DNA from: an uncultured delta proteobacterium | Lineage (GTDB): Bacteria > Desulfobacterota > Binatia > UBA9968 | NCBI GenBank assembly: GCA_963728565.1 | Contig: CAVSLC010000028.1 | Span: 32,001 to 96,000, forward strand | DNA length: 64,000 nt | Direction: 5' to 3' | Shown: positions 32,325 to 42,514 of the stretch, one piece after another | How the letters are laid out: every line of letters starts with the position of its first letter | Numbering within the stretch: the stretch's first letter is position 1 | The notes under the pieces: model-generated | Databases searched by the model: none | The model's input: only the letters and a program-made list of their open reading frames with translations | Told to the model about the DNA's origin: nothing | Program-made: the position numbers and the translations under genes

Positions 32325-33292
32325 GGGGCCAGGCTTTCTATTCTAGACAATCTTCCACGTATCCGGGTGCTTTGCTTTCTCCACTCTTCCTCCTCGGCAA
32401 TGCGCTGCGAATACCGCAACGCTTGGCAACATCCTTGAGCTTATAACCCAGCCGCCGGATCAGGACGTAACCGACCAGCGCTCAATGCCGTGACATCTGC
32501 CAACTCCGGTCCACTCCCGAAAGCACCTCCGGATCGACCTCAAGCGCTCGCGCAGCGTGCCGAAAGGCAATCATCGCTGTTTTCTTGGATCGCGCTGTTT
32601 CCGGCTCCTCGTCCACTCGGGCTGTGAGCTTTTCAATAAACCGCTCTTCTCCCAACAACCGCTGGTCTTTTACGGCGTAATATCCCTGCCGATGCCCATC
32701 CCGGAGGCCTTCCTGGATAATCGCTGGTACGATCGGCGCCCGCCCAGCATGTTCAGGACCCGGCTTGTCTGTAGCGCTTCACTGACTCGAACACCGCAGT
32801 ACTCGGGATGGCCGCTGTACGCATAGTCATCGAGCCGTTGGACAAGCTTGGCTCTGATCGGATTCAGATGAATGTAGCGAACCAGAGTTAATAAATATTC
32901 GTCTTTTTCACACACGATCGCTTTATAGCGGCCTTGAAAGAGATGCCCCATCTTGTGGTGCTTGCGGTTAAAGTACTGCGTATAGGATTGTTGCAGCCCC
33001 TGCATGATTTCGAGAGCGGCTCGGAGCCGGTCTCGAGCAGGAGGTCAACATGGTTCGACATCAAGCAATAGGCATAAACCGTCACGCCGAATCGTTTCCG
33101 ATAGCGCGCCAGTCTCTCCAGATAGGCCTCGTAGTCGCGACCATTTGAGAATATCTTCTGCCTATAGTTACCACGTACGATCACGCGATAGAGAATCCCC
33201 GAGGCAAACAATCGCGGCCGTCGCGCCATTCAATGCGTCTGTCAAACCTACCGCGCCGGCGTCGAGATTCACAAGACTTAAAAGCCTGACCC
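32325..33292 (-). mobile_element. Decayed Y1 (RAYT-like) transposase element with inverted terminal motifs
   Basis: MARRPRL...RGNYRQ, AYCLMSNHVD (HUH damaged), GHLFQGRYKA, RYIHLNP; several frameshifts; bounded by GGGGCCAGGCTTT (32325) and AAAGCCTGACCC (33281-33292). Confidence 0.85.
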
Positions 33293-33306
33293 GTACGGCC
33301 CACGCA

Positions 33307-33405
33307 GCGCTTCGTCGCAATCGTTTTCAGCCGTTCAACAGTTCAATCGTTCAACGAAAGAGAAAACCTCGACGTTTCCAGAACTTCCCGAAACTTCGAA
33401 ATGAG
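33307..33405. repeat. Repeat family B copy
   Basis: CGTTCAAC-AGTTCAAT-CGTTCAAC then a tail resembling those at 36845-36875 and 51808-51828. Confidence 0.65.
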
Positions 33406-33451
33406 ATGCCACGGCAGCTTTTAACTGTCAGATTTTCTGCAGTGAAATCTT

Positions 33452-33645
33452 TTAGGATGGGAAGTGCTCGACCATGACTTGAGGGACCTTGTTATAGTGC
33501 GCATATGTGGTGATTATCTGAAGACCATGTTCCATGGCGCTGGCGGCGATCCAAATATCGTTTGTCGGGATGGGGGTTTCCGCTTTCCAAAGGGAATTTA
33601 GAATAACCCCGTATCTTTCCGCGGTTTCTTCCGTCACGTCGACGT
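33452..33645 (-). pseudogene. VapC/PIN toxin C-terminal remnant
   Basis: VTEETAERYG...PIPTNDIWIAASAMEHG. Confidence 0.75.
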
Positions 33646-33853
33646 CTGCCGGAATGGGAGTAATTCGAGCTGCTCCTTTCTCCAGGAGCGGACTCGCTCC
33701 TTGCATCTGGTTCTTGGGCGCCGCTCGCTTCCACCTTCTCACTGGGCGCATTGTTGACGGGCGAGCGGCGCTGTAATAGCTTCGGTGTGTAGCGCATTCT
33801 CGCCGGCCACCTGCTTGCCGGTAGCATACTGATTGTGCAAAAGAGGAGTTCTC

Positions 33854-34972
33854 ATGGCGATTATCGATTTGGATTCCCACTTTCGCGACGGCTGGCTGCT
33901 CGACGAGATTTATCAGTTGCCGGAGCCGTTTGCGCGCCACTCGCCGAGGCGCATCGGCGCGGGCAAATATTTTTATTCCAGGTTCGAGCACGACCTCTCT
34001 CCCATGGACGATCCCGTAGCCAATGCGAATTTCAAAAAACCGGTGACCCATCAGGTTTTTTATAACCCTGAAGCAAACCAGCGCGGCAACGAGGTCATGC
34101 GCTGGCAGCAGGGCGGCTACGACATGGAATACCGCCTGAAGGACAATGCCCGCGAGAACATCGACTTTCAATTGATCTTCCCTACCGGCATCGACATTCC
34201 GTCGCAGAATGCCGGCCCGCTCGGCGCGGCCGTATCGCGGTCATACAACGATTGGGCACATAAGCTCGTGGGCGGCTATCGCGATCGGCTCTCGCCCGTC
34301 GCCATGATGCCCGCCGGGTGTCCGGAAGAAATGGCCAACGAATTACGCCGTTGCGTCAAGGATTTGGGCTGCAAAGCCGCCCACCTTGTCAGTTACACCA
34401 AAGAGCGGCAGATGGATGATGCGGTTTTTTTCCCGTTCTATGAAGCGGCGCAGGAACTCGATATCCCGCTTTTCTGCCATCCGAGTACGCTCGGCGATGT
34501 CGGCACACTGATCAATCGTCAAAGTCATTTCTTTCCGATGCATATTCTCGGCCGGCCGCTCAACTGCGTCGCGCCGCTGGTGGCGATGGTTCTCGGCGGG
34601 ATTTTCGAAAAGTACCCGAAATTGAAAGTCGTCTTCTTCGAAGTGACCGCCGAATTCCTGGTGTTCTGGATGCACCGCATGGATGACGATTACGAAGTCA
34701 TCAAGGATGCCGGCATGTGCCCGCAGCTGAGCATGTTGCCGTCGGACTACGTCAGGCGGAACTGTTACGTTACCTGTGAAGCCGATGAGAAATGTCTGCC
34801 CTTGGCGTTGGCCGAGGTCGGCGACACCCACGTTCTGATGGCGACGGACTATCCCCACTTCGATTCGACCTTCCCCAAAACGGTAAGCGGTATTCGCGAG
34901 CGGCCGGATATTTCCCCGAAACAAAAGAAACTGATCCTCGAAGAGAACGCGCTCAATCTGATCCATATGTAG
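33854..34972 (+). CDS. Amidohydrolase_2 family protein
   Basis: IIDLDSH, LFCHP, ATDYPHFD, ENA; GAGGAG RBS. Confidence 0.9.
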   Translation: MAIIDLDSHFRDGWLLDEIYQLPEPFARHSPRRIGAGKYFYSRFEHDLSPMDDPVANANFKKPVTHQVFYNPEANQRGNEVMRWQQGGYDMEYRLKDNARENIDFQLIFPTGIDIPSQNAGPLGAAVSRSYNDWAHKLVGGYRDRLSPVAMMPAGCPEEMANELRRCVKDLGCKAAHLVSYTKERQMDDAVFFPFYEAAQELDIPLFCHPSTLGDVGTLINRQSHFFPMHILGRPLNCVAPLVAMVLGGIFEKYPKLKVVFFEVTAEFLVFWMHRMDDDYEVIKDAGMCPQLSMLPSDYVRRNCYVTCEADEKCLPLALAEVGDTHVLMATDYPHFDSTFPKTVSGIRERPDISPKQKKLILEENALNLIHM

Positions 34973-35062
34973 GTCGATGAAACAATCCAAACCCCAGACC
35001 ATGAACGGCTACGAACATGGCTCGAGCTTCGGATTCGTGGTGAACTTCTCATCGGAGAGCTT

Positions 35063-36071
35063 GTGATGATTCGTCAATCGATTTTTGCCTTGTTCATTAG
35101 CCTGTCGATTTCGTTCAGCGCCGCAGCACAGGACGCCAAGCTCGTCGAGCAGGCCAAGAAGGAGGGCGGTAAACTGATCGTCTACGGCTCGTTGGAGTCA
35201 TTTACCGTCGAGCCCATTGCCGAAGCTTTTCAAAAGAAGACCGGCATCGCGGTGGAATACTGGCGCGCTTCAGCGACCAAGGTGATGGATCGGGCGCTGA
35301 GCGAATCGCGCGCCGGCAAGCCGCTCTTTGACGTGATGTTGAACAACAGCGGCGCGATGCACGTGCTCAAAAAGGAAGGTTTGTTTATCCCCTACAGTTC
35401 TGCGGCAACCGCGGCCTTCCCCAAAGAAATCACCGATCCGCAACTGGGCCCCATTTACCGCAATACTCCCATTGGTATCGTCTACAATACCGGCGCGATT
35501 AAACCCGCCGATGCGCCCAAGTCCCTCGAGGATCTGCTCAATCCTAAATACAAGGGCAAATTCGTCATGCCCGATCCGACGCAACACACAACGACCCTGC
35601 AGTGGCTCGCCAGTCTGTATAAAATAATGGGTAAAGAGAAGGCGGAAAAGTTCACCCGCGAGCTCGGCCGCCGCCAAGCCGCTTCTGGTGGAGTCGCTGG
35701 CGCCCGCGGCTGAACGGGTATCCACGGCGGAGACTCCCCTCGGCATCAGCTTGGTAAGATACGTGGTGACGTTTTCGGAGAAGGGCGCGCCGGTCGACTA
35801 CGTCAGGCTCGGCAAGATGCTGAGCCTGGGGCAATACATCGCGCTCAGCAGCAAGGCGTCACGACCTAACAGCGGCAAGGCGTTCATCGATTTTTTTCTC
35901 GGCGATGAGAGTATGCGCATGCTCGCCAAACAAGGGGAATTTGTAAATCGCAAAGGCATCTATCCTTCGCTGCCCGATGCGGACAAGATCCAAGCCGTGG
36001 AGATGGATGACTTCGATGCTCAGGGATTCAAGGAAAAAACCCAGGAGTACCAGAAGATTTTTCTCAAATAG
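35063..36071 (+). CDS. Extracellular solute-binding protein, frameshift near 35667
   Basis: AKKEGGKLIVY, DLLNPKYKGK; removing one base joins ORFs 35063-35713 and 35688-36071. Confidence 0.85.
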
Positions 36072-36083
36072 CAAAAGGGCTAG

Positions 36084-36328
36084 CCCGGATTATTCATGTT
36101 CAGAGGACAACTACGACTCTGTGTCGATCGAAGGGCGAGCCTGGAGGAGTGAAGACATCCGGACGAACAGCTTCAATGAAGCCTTTGGTGCTTGATTCCC
36201 TACTCGCACTTTTCCTCAGGCGTCCGCTCCACAACTGAATTATGCAGGCCGCTCCAACGCACAGGCCCATTTGGCTTCGTTCAAGAGGGCTCGCCGTTCG
36301 ATCCACCGTCATCAGTGAATAATTCGAG
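36084..36328. mobile_element. 245-bp MITE-like element
   Basis: Terminal IRs CCCGGATTATTCA / TGAATAATTCGAG (11/13), CTAG on both sides, second internal IR pair 36123-36141 / 36287-36306. Confidence 0.7.
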
Positions 36329-36347
36329 CTAGATCGTTTTACGGAGA

Positions 36348-36723
36348 ATGATCATGAACGCACCTCTCAGAGTAAGCGGTATCGATCATGTGGTCTTTCA
36401 CGTCAAAGATCTCGCGCGCGCCAGAAAATTCTAACGTCGATTTCCTCGGACTGGAAATCGACCACGAGCGGGATTGGCAGTGCTTTCTCAACTGCGGCAA
36501 ACAGAGCATCGCACTCTTTGAAGTCGACGACGGCGAAGCAGTGCATGGCGGCAGCGAGGTCAATCCTATGGCGCTGCGGCTCGGCTCGGGCGAATATGAA
36601 CGGGTCAAGGCGACACTGGAGGGCGCCGCCATCGAAGTCCATGGACGCAAGAACGATCTGCATTGCATCTACTTCCACGATCCCGATGGCCATCAGCTGC
36701 AGTTCTTAATGCCCCACGAGTAA
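36348..36723 (+). CDS. VOC/glyoxalase family protein, frameshift near 36433
   Basis: IDHVVFHVKDLARARKF joins VDFLGLE...IYFHDPDGHQLQ. Confidence 0.75.
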
Positions 36724-36737
36724 CCGGCGGCTCTTTG

Positions 36738-36875
36738 CCGGATCGAGCCGTTCCAATGGTTCCAATCGTTCCATCGCTTCGCTCCGTTCAAAACGTTCAA
36801 CCGGTCAAGTCGTTCATCGGTTCGATGTTCAACGTCGGAGGGGAACTTCCACGTTCGAGAATTCCGGAAGATGAG
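36738..36875. repeat. Repeat family B copy
   Basis: GTTCCA/GTTCAA units; first ~60 nt repeated directly at 38236-38295. Confidence 0.8.
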
Positions 36876-37109
36876 ATCTTCGGATCTACGTGCCAGATGA
36901 GGTACAAAGTCGCCTGGCAGCCACCGTTTTACTGGGTTGTAACAACTGTCGATGCTGTGCGATCGCCTGGCTCGCCTTGGATGAAGTGGTCAGCGTGAAC
37001 CGCCGCCGACTTTTACGTCGGCGATAAAGCGCGCGAGGTAGGAAGAGCGGATCACTGGAATCGAGAGCCTATCCGAAACGGTGAGCCCATTGTCCGGCTG
37101 ACCGGGCGA

Positions 37110-38015
37110 CTATTTTTTTTCCGGCGAGTAGTAGGTTTCCAGCAGGCGTCGGCTGATCGCCGACTCGCCACCCGGCAAAGCATCGAACTTTGTCGTACCG
37201 TCGGCTTTTTGCAGGATGGATTTTCCTTCGGGATCCTGATGCATCGACAGCAGAACCTTTTCCAAACCTTTGACCACCGACGATGCGAGATTTTTCCGAA
37301 CAGAAACAAGGTGGCGCGGCAAGCTAGCCGTTTCCCCCAAGATGGTGATCATCGATTTTTTACTTTGATCCAGTGCGGCATAATCATCGTTGCTGAACGC
37401 CCCGGCCGCGACCTTTTTGGTGAGAACCAGGTCCATGAGTTTGTCCTGAGAAGCAGCAAACACATAACCGATTTCGCCCGCAGCAACATTGGCGTCGGTT
37501 CTAGCGATCCGTGAAACCGTGAATCCCTTCCTCGTAAGAAGTAACTTCGGCAGGAAGTGGCCCGAGGTTGATTCCGGATCTTCAAAAGCGATGATCTTTC
37601 CTTTGAGGTCTTCAAGACGCTTAGTGTCACCGTCGGCCCTGGTGAAAATCAAGGCGTGGTAGTCGGCCATACCGCCTTTCCAACGCCTGAGAAGCAATTT
37701 TCCGGCGCCGTAAACGTGATTGATCGAATATGTCGGATAGGGACTCTCCATGTAAAAATCCGCCCTTCGTTCCGTGAGCATGCTTGCAAGCCGGGAATGC
37801 GTGGAAGCAATCATGACGTTGCTATCGATCTTCGATGAGGCGGACATTTTTCTTCCGACATAGCGCACGAAATCTCGAAAATGCGCCTCGACCTCCTTCT
37901 GATTTGTTTCCGCTATCATTCCTAGAGTAATCGTCTTTGCTTCCAATCCATGCTGCATCTGCGCCGACGCGCCCGAGCCCAGGATGAGCTCAAAAAAGAG
38001 AATGATAGATGCCAT
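37110..38015 (-). CDS. Phosphate/phosphite/phosphonate ABC substrate-binding protein (PhnD-like)
   Basis: DLKGKIIAFEDPESTSGHFLP motif. Confidence 0.85.
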   Translation of the reverse strand: MASIILFFELILGSGASAQMQHGLEAKTITLGMIAETNQKEVEAHFRDFVRYVGRKMSASSKIDSNVMIASTHSRLASMLTERRADFYMESPYPTYSINHVYGAGKLLLRRWKGGMADYHALIFTRADGDTKRLEDLKGKIIAFEDPESTSGHFLPKLLLTRKGFTVSRIARTDANVAAGEIGYVFAASQDKLMDLVLTKKVAAGAFSNDDYAALDQSKKSMITILGETASLPRHLVSVRKNLASSVVKGLEKVLLSMHQDPEGKSILQKADGTTKFDALPGGESAISRRLLETYYSPEKK

Positions 38016-38159
38016 GCGCAGGCTAGCTGGGTATTTTGTTAACCATTATCGCCACGACCAGCGTTCTCGGCGTCAGGTATGATACAAACGCAAAGATCTT
38101 GCAAGAAAAAACACGGCGCATGCGCCTTTCTGGGTCGCGATCAGGGATGGAATAGAAGC

Positions 38160-38350
38160 GGTTCCAAAGATTTCACAGGTTCCAGGTGTTGCACATGTTA
38201 TAAATGTTTCCAATGTTCGAGCGCTGCGCTCTTCTCCGGATCGAGCCGTTCCCATGGTTCCAGTAATTCCATCGCTACGCTTCGTTCAAAACGTTGCAGA
38301 TCGGCCGTTCAATGTTCAACAATTCAATGGTTCGGCCTCCCGGAAACCTC
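38160..38350. repeat. Repeat family B copy (long)
   Basis: Multiple GTTCCA/GTTCAA units; CCGGATCGAGCCGTTCC...CGTTCAAAACGTT shared with 36738. Confidence 0.8.
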
Positions 38351-38432
38351 ACGACAGGCTTCACTGGCGAACTCACTTCCAGCTGACAGTTCAGTCGATG
38401 CTTAGATAATCCAGCAAGACGCTAAACAACCG

Positions 38433-39270
38433 TCACTCCTCGACGGCGATGAAACGGCAGGGCGATGCGCCTCCTTGCTTGATTAAAAGAGGAAGAATGA
38501 TCATCTTCACCCGCGGCTTCGAGATCTTGTCGCAGTCGACCAGGCATTTGCAGCCGGCGATGGATTTTTTGATCAGCGCGCCGTAGCTACTCGGATGCGG
38601 GCTGCCATGCCGGTGAGCGCCTAGATCCAGTACGCGTTCCCGGGCTTCGGCCGAAGGCCATGGCTTGGGGTGCGGAACCATGGGACTCTCGCCGCGAAAC
38701 CAGTTGTTGCCCTGTACCCTGGGCGGATTTACCAGACCGCAATCCGTCATAAAAAACCCGCTGTCCATCTCGTCCATTTTCTTGGCCAATAACGATGCAG
38801 CGTCGAAATGGATGCTTGGAGTCCTTTTGTAGTAATCGATGCCAAGCTCGTAGGCGCGCTCGCGCGTGCCCCAACCTGTGCGAATCAGCACCTCGTCGCC
38901 TTTGCGGAAATCCGCGCCTTTGATCGCCTTGTCCATTTCCTCGACGGTAATCTCGTGCTGTTCAGGAACTCTGATGTCCAGGATCGCCGTGTCTCGAAGA
39001 ATAAGTCGATCGAGCGGAATCTGATCCAGTGTCCATGAAAACTTGGGGTCCGGTTGCAAAGGCGTCGGATCAAACGGCATACGCTGATGCGGGACCATGA
39101 AGGGACTGCCGGTTTCGCCATCGAGCTTCATTCGCGTCATCCTGAGACCGTGCTTGTCGTAATACATGTACTCCCAGAGCCGCACGGAGGAGTTCGTAAA
39201 CGGCAAAATTTCTCCGTAGCCCGCGCCTTCCCATATCGGCATGCGTTAAATCGATCATTTTCATGGTCAT
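38433..39270 (-). CDS. Cyclase (kynurenine formamidase-like) fold protein lacking metal ligands; +1 frameshift at 39243
   Basis: MKMIDLT/MPIW, LDQIPLD, GDEVLIRTGWG, LPLLIKQGGASPCRFIA; ATGA overlap with upstream gene. Confidence 0.8.
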
Positions 39271-40034
39271 TCCTCCACGGCTACGACTCTGCAAGTCGAG
39301 CCTACGCCCCGGACAACGTTCAATGGCGACACGATCATCTTGATCCGCCGGCTTGTGATTTGGCCGCACCCGATAAGCTTGCGCACGGTCATGATGCCCA
39401 TTCGGGCAAATTCCATGTCTACGGCAAAATCCTTTTTAGCCTTCTCGCTGTCGTAGAGATGCAGATACATGCGCGCCTCAGGCGACTCGGCGGACGGCGG
39501 CGGCAGGATCGAGAACCATTCCGGAATGATATGGCTCTGCGGCAGCCCGAGCACTGCCGTGTCCACCAACAACAAATCATTGTCGTTGTCACGCATCGCT
39601 CGCGCCAGATATTGGGCGGCCTCGAGAGAGAAATGCGGGCTGCCAAGGACGTACTCGTTTCCCTCCGCCTGATGGTGCGGCTTGTCACCCCAACCGGTGA
39701 CAATCAGAAGCGCGTCCCCCTGCGCCGGAGTTGCGCTATCGAACGCCTGCTGCGCGTCCGACTTGTTTATTTCCTCTCCAGCGCCCTTGTTGATGTTGGC
39801 AATCGCCGCCGGCCGCAAGAAGAACTTCTCGACCGGCACCTGATCGAGCCGGGTAGTCTTGCGGAAATCGGCGAACAGCGCCGGCAATGCCAGGCTTGTT
39901 CCCGAATCGCTGCCCACGACCATGCCTTTTTCCTGGTGGTTCTTGGGCCCGAGAAAAAACTTGATCGCCGTCGGCAATCCCTCGTCGGGCATCCATCGAT
40001 GGTTCAACGGCATCGTCAGATCGACAAAATTCAT
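39267..40034 (-). CDS. Cyclase-fold protein lacking metal ligands
   Basis: FVDLTMPL, LDQVPVE, GDALLIVTGWG, SPLNVVRGVGSTCRVVA. Confidence 0.8.
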   Translation of the reverse strand: MNFVDLTMPLNHRWMPDEGLPTAIKFFLGPKNHQEKGMVVGSDSGTSLALPALFADFRKTTRLDQVPVEKFFLRPAAIANINKGAGEEINKSDAQQAFDSATPAQGDALLIVTGWGDKPHHQAEGNEYVLGSPHFSLEAAQYLARAMRDNDNDLLLVDTAVLGLPQSHIIPEWFSILPPPSAESPEARMYLHLYDSEKAKKDFAVDMEFARMGIMTVRKLIGCGQITSRRIKMIVSPLNVVRGVGSTCRVVAVEE

Positions 40035-40076
40035 ATTCCCCTCCACCTTTCTCGCGGCGCTGCTCCGGCAAATCCG

Positions 40077-41178
40077 TCACGCCGCCAACACTCTGATTCT
40101 ATCGGCCGGCATCTCCAGCCAAACGCTTTGTCCCTTGTCCAGCGGCGCAACGTATGGGTTGGTGTCGGCGCGCACATGATACTGACCGACATCGATGTCG
40201 TACTCGATGCGATTACCGGTAAACACAACCGTGCGCACCTGACCCGGCAGTACATTGACGGGCGACCCGCGGGCCGCTGTATGGATCGTTACCGCCTCGG
40301 GGCGAAACATGAGCGACACCCGTTGTCCTTGAACGATCCCGTTCGGTAATGCGCAGCGCAGCTTTCCCAGCGCGGTTTCCACGATTCCGCGCTCGCCGGC
40401 GGTCGCGTTATCTACGACCCGGCCCTCGAGCAGGTTGGTGGTGCCGACAAAGCCGGCGACGAATAGATTGGCCGGCTCCTTGTAGATGTCCATGGGCGGA
40501 CCGAGTTGTACCACCCGGCCGCCGTGCATCACCGCCATGCGGTGCGACAACACCAAGGCTTCCTCCTGATCATGAGTCACGTACAAGGCCGTCAGCTTCA
40601 ATCTCTCGAATAGACCGCGCAGCTCGTGACGCATCTCCACCCTGAAGCTTGGCGTCCAGATTACTTAACGGCTCATCCATCAGGAGCAGTTGCGGTTCGG
40701 CCACCAGGGCGCGCGCCACCGCCACACGCTGCTGCTGTCCGCCGCTCAACAAGGAGGAAGGCCGAGCTTCCAGATCATCGAGTTGAACCAGATGCAGAAT
40801 CTCCTTGACTCTCTTTTTGGTCTCGTTCCTGGGCAGCTTGCGCCGTCCGTGAACCAGCGGATAGCCGACATTCTGCGCAACGGTCATATGCGGCCACACG
40901 GCATAGGACTGAAACACCATGCCGATTTCGCGCTCGTGCACCGGCACCATGATGCCCTTCTTACTCGAAAACACCGGCTTGTCGTCGATCCAGATTTCTC
41001 CGGAATCCGGCGTTTCCAGTCCGGCGATACACCTGAGAGTAGTTGTCTTACCGCAGCCGGAGGGTCCCAGCAGCGAAAAGAATTCTCCGGTTTTGACCTC
41101 GAAGCTGACATCGTGCACGGCCTGCACCTGGCCATCACCCGTGACGAAAGTTCGGGTCAGTCCTTCTACCGTTAACAT
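40077..41178 (-). CDS. ABC transporter ATP-binding protein (PotA/FbpC type), frameshift near 40643
   Basis: GPSGCGKT, LSGGQQQR, DEPLSNLD joined to YVTHDQEEA and a TOBE-like tail. Confidence 0.9.
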
Positions 41179-41193
41179 CGACGACGACCTGCC

Positions 41194-41345
41194 TTAGCAG
41201 CCTGCTGAAAAAGACCCATATGCTTCGTGCGCTCGATCACCTCACTCCGAGGTACTGTGAGTACGCCTTTGCTCGTCGAACTTCGCGCGCCTTGCCTTTG
41301 GATCCGTTTGAGCAGCCTGTAACAGAGTTTTCAGCTGCCTGTTAG
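41194..41345. repeat. Repeat family A copy inside the ABC operon
   Basis: TTAGCAGCCTGCTGAAAAAGACCCAT ... GAGCAGCCTG ... TTTTCAGCTGCCTGTTAG; its end coincides with the SBP stop codon. Confidence 0.85.
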
Positions 41346-42505
41346 GGCATCAATGGTTGCAGTGCCTTTCTGATCTTATCGCGTTGCCCGGCGAGCACCT
41401 CCTCGGGACTCCATTCCAGTATTTTGGCTTGGGGCATCGCCTTGAGTGATTTGGCGAGCTGCGATCTTGGATCGACAAACGTGCCCTCGCCGTTGACCCG
41501 TTCGACTATCGGCAAGCCATCCTCGAGAATGAAAGCCAGATAGAGTAGCGCCAGATTGGGGCTCTTGGCGCCTTTGGGGATCGTCAAGCCGATCGAGCCG
41601 AGCGCCATCACGTCTTCAAAGAGCTTGTTTTGTATCGGGTAGCCCTCCTTGCGTAGACCTTCGGTGCCGCCAATGTTTCCGGTGGCCGCGGCGACTTCGC
41701 CCAACGCCACGGCCATGCGCACATCACCGCTGCTTCTCTTGATCAGCGGCTTATTGGCAAGCAGCATTTGCAGCACCTTCTTTTGCTTTTCTATGTCCCA
41801 GTGACCGCCGACGCCCATATCCGTGAGCGGGCTGGCAGGACCAATCGTATTAATGGCAAAATTTCCCTTCCATTTCGGATCGGTAAAACCTTTTCCTTCG
41901 GCAAACTCCTCATACGTCTTCGGCAGGTCATTGGCATTGGTCTTTTTCGTGTTGTAAATGATGCCCGATGCCAACGTGGTCACGTCAACCGAAAACGGCC
42001 GCTTCCACGCGGCCACATTGCGCAGAACTCCTTCGAGACCTTTGAATTTCGGGCTGAATATCTTAACCAGCGGCGTCTCGATATCCTCGAACAGCGCCAG
42101 CCGATCGGGCCGGCCGGCGATATCCGCCGCGCCGGCGTACAACAAATCGGCATCGATGCGGCCGACCCTCGCCTCGGTCAAGAATCTGAGCAAAGAATCC
42201 GGATTGGTCACGGGCGTAAGATGAACCCGCGGCGTGAAACCGAACCGTTTTTTGAACGCCGCTTCGAACTGCTCTCCGACTCCTCTCTCGCCCGGCACTT
42301 CCCACCACAGCCGCAACTCAGCCTCGCGTTTGGCCTTGTCGAGAACCTCTTCATAGGTCTTGCCGAACACTGATTGAGCCAGCACAACTTTTGTTGAAAG
42401 GGAGAGTAGCGCACCAATCAGCGCAAGAAATAACAACGAGACAAACGTTTTACTTGGTCTATCGACCCTGCTCATGTCAAACTCCTTTCGAATTTTTAGC
42501 CGCAC
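41342..42505 (-). CDS. ABC transporter solute-binding protein
   Basis: AKREAEL, IIYNT, DPKWKG, AKSPNLALL; lies between permease and ATPase; start uncertain. Confidence 0.85.
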   Translation of the reverse strand: MRLKIRKEFDMSRVDRPSKTFVSLLFLALIGALLSLSTKVVLAQSVFGKTYEEVLDKAKREAELRLWWEVPGERGVGEQFEAAFKKRFGFTPRVHLTPVTNPDSLLRFLTEARVGRIDADLLYAGAADIAGRPDRLALFEDIETPLVKIFSPKFKGLEGVLRNVAAWKRPFSVDVTTLASGIIYNTKKTNANDLPKTYEEFAEGKGFTDPKWKGNFAINTIGPASPLTDMGVGGHWDIEKQKKVLQMLLANKPLIKRSSGDVRMAVALGEVAAATGNIGGTEGLRKEGYPIQNKLFEDVMALGSIGLTIPKGAKSPNLALLYLAFILEDGLPIVERVNGEGTFVDPRSQLAKSLKAMPQAKILEWSPEEVLAGQRDKIRKALQPLMP

Positions 42506-42514
42506 CGGCTATCT

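Noticed and set aside
33645-34171. 239-aa ORF 33452-34171 as one gene
   Set aside because: Only the last ~65 codons are PIN-like; much of the rest is antisense to the amidohydrolase.
36080-36332. 6S RNA
   Set aside because: Longer than typical, with IR/CTAG boundaries that fit a MITE better; no 6S consensus recognised.
36738-38350. GTTCCA/GTTCAA repeats as a CRISPR array
   Set aside because: Units are 8-9 nt and degenerate, with no constant repeat plus unique spacers and no cas genes.
39054-40349. 431-aa plus-strand ORF and similar long antisense ORFs (22043-22885, 19824-20786, 17867-18715)
   Set aside because: Shadows of well-supported opposite-strand genes in GC-rich DNA.
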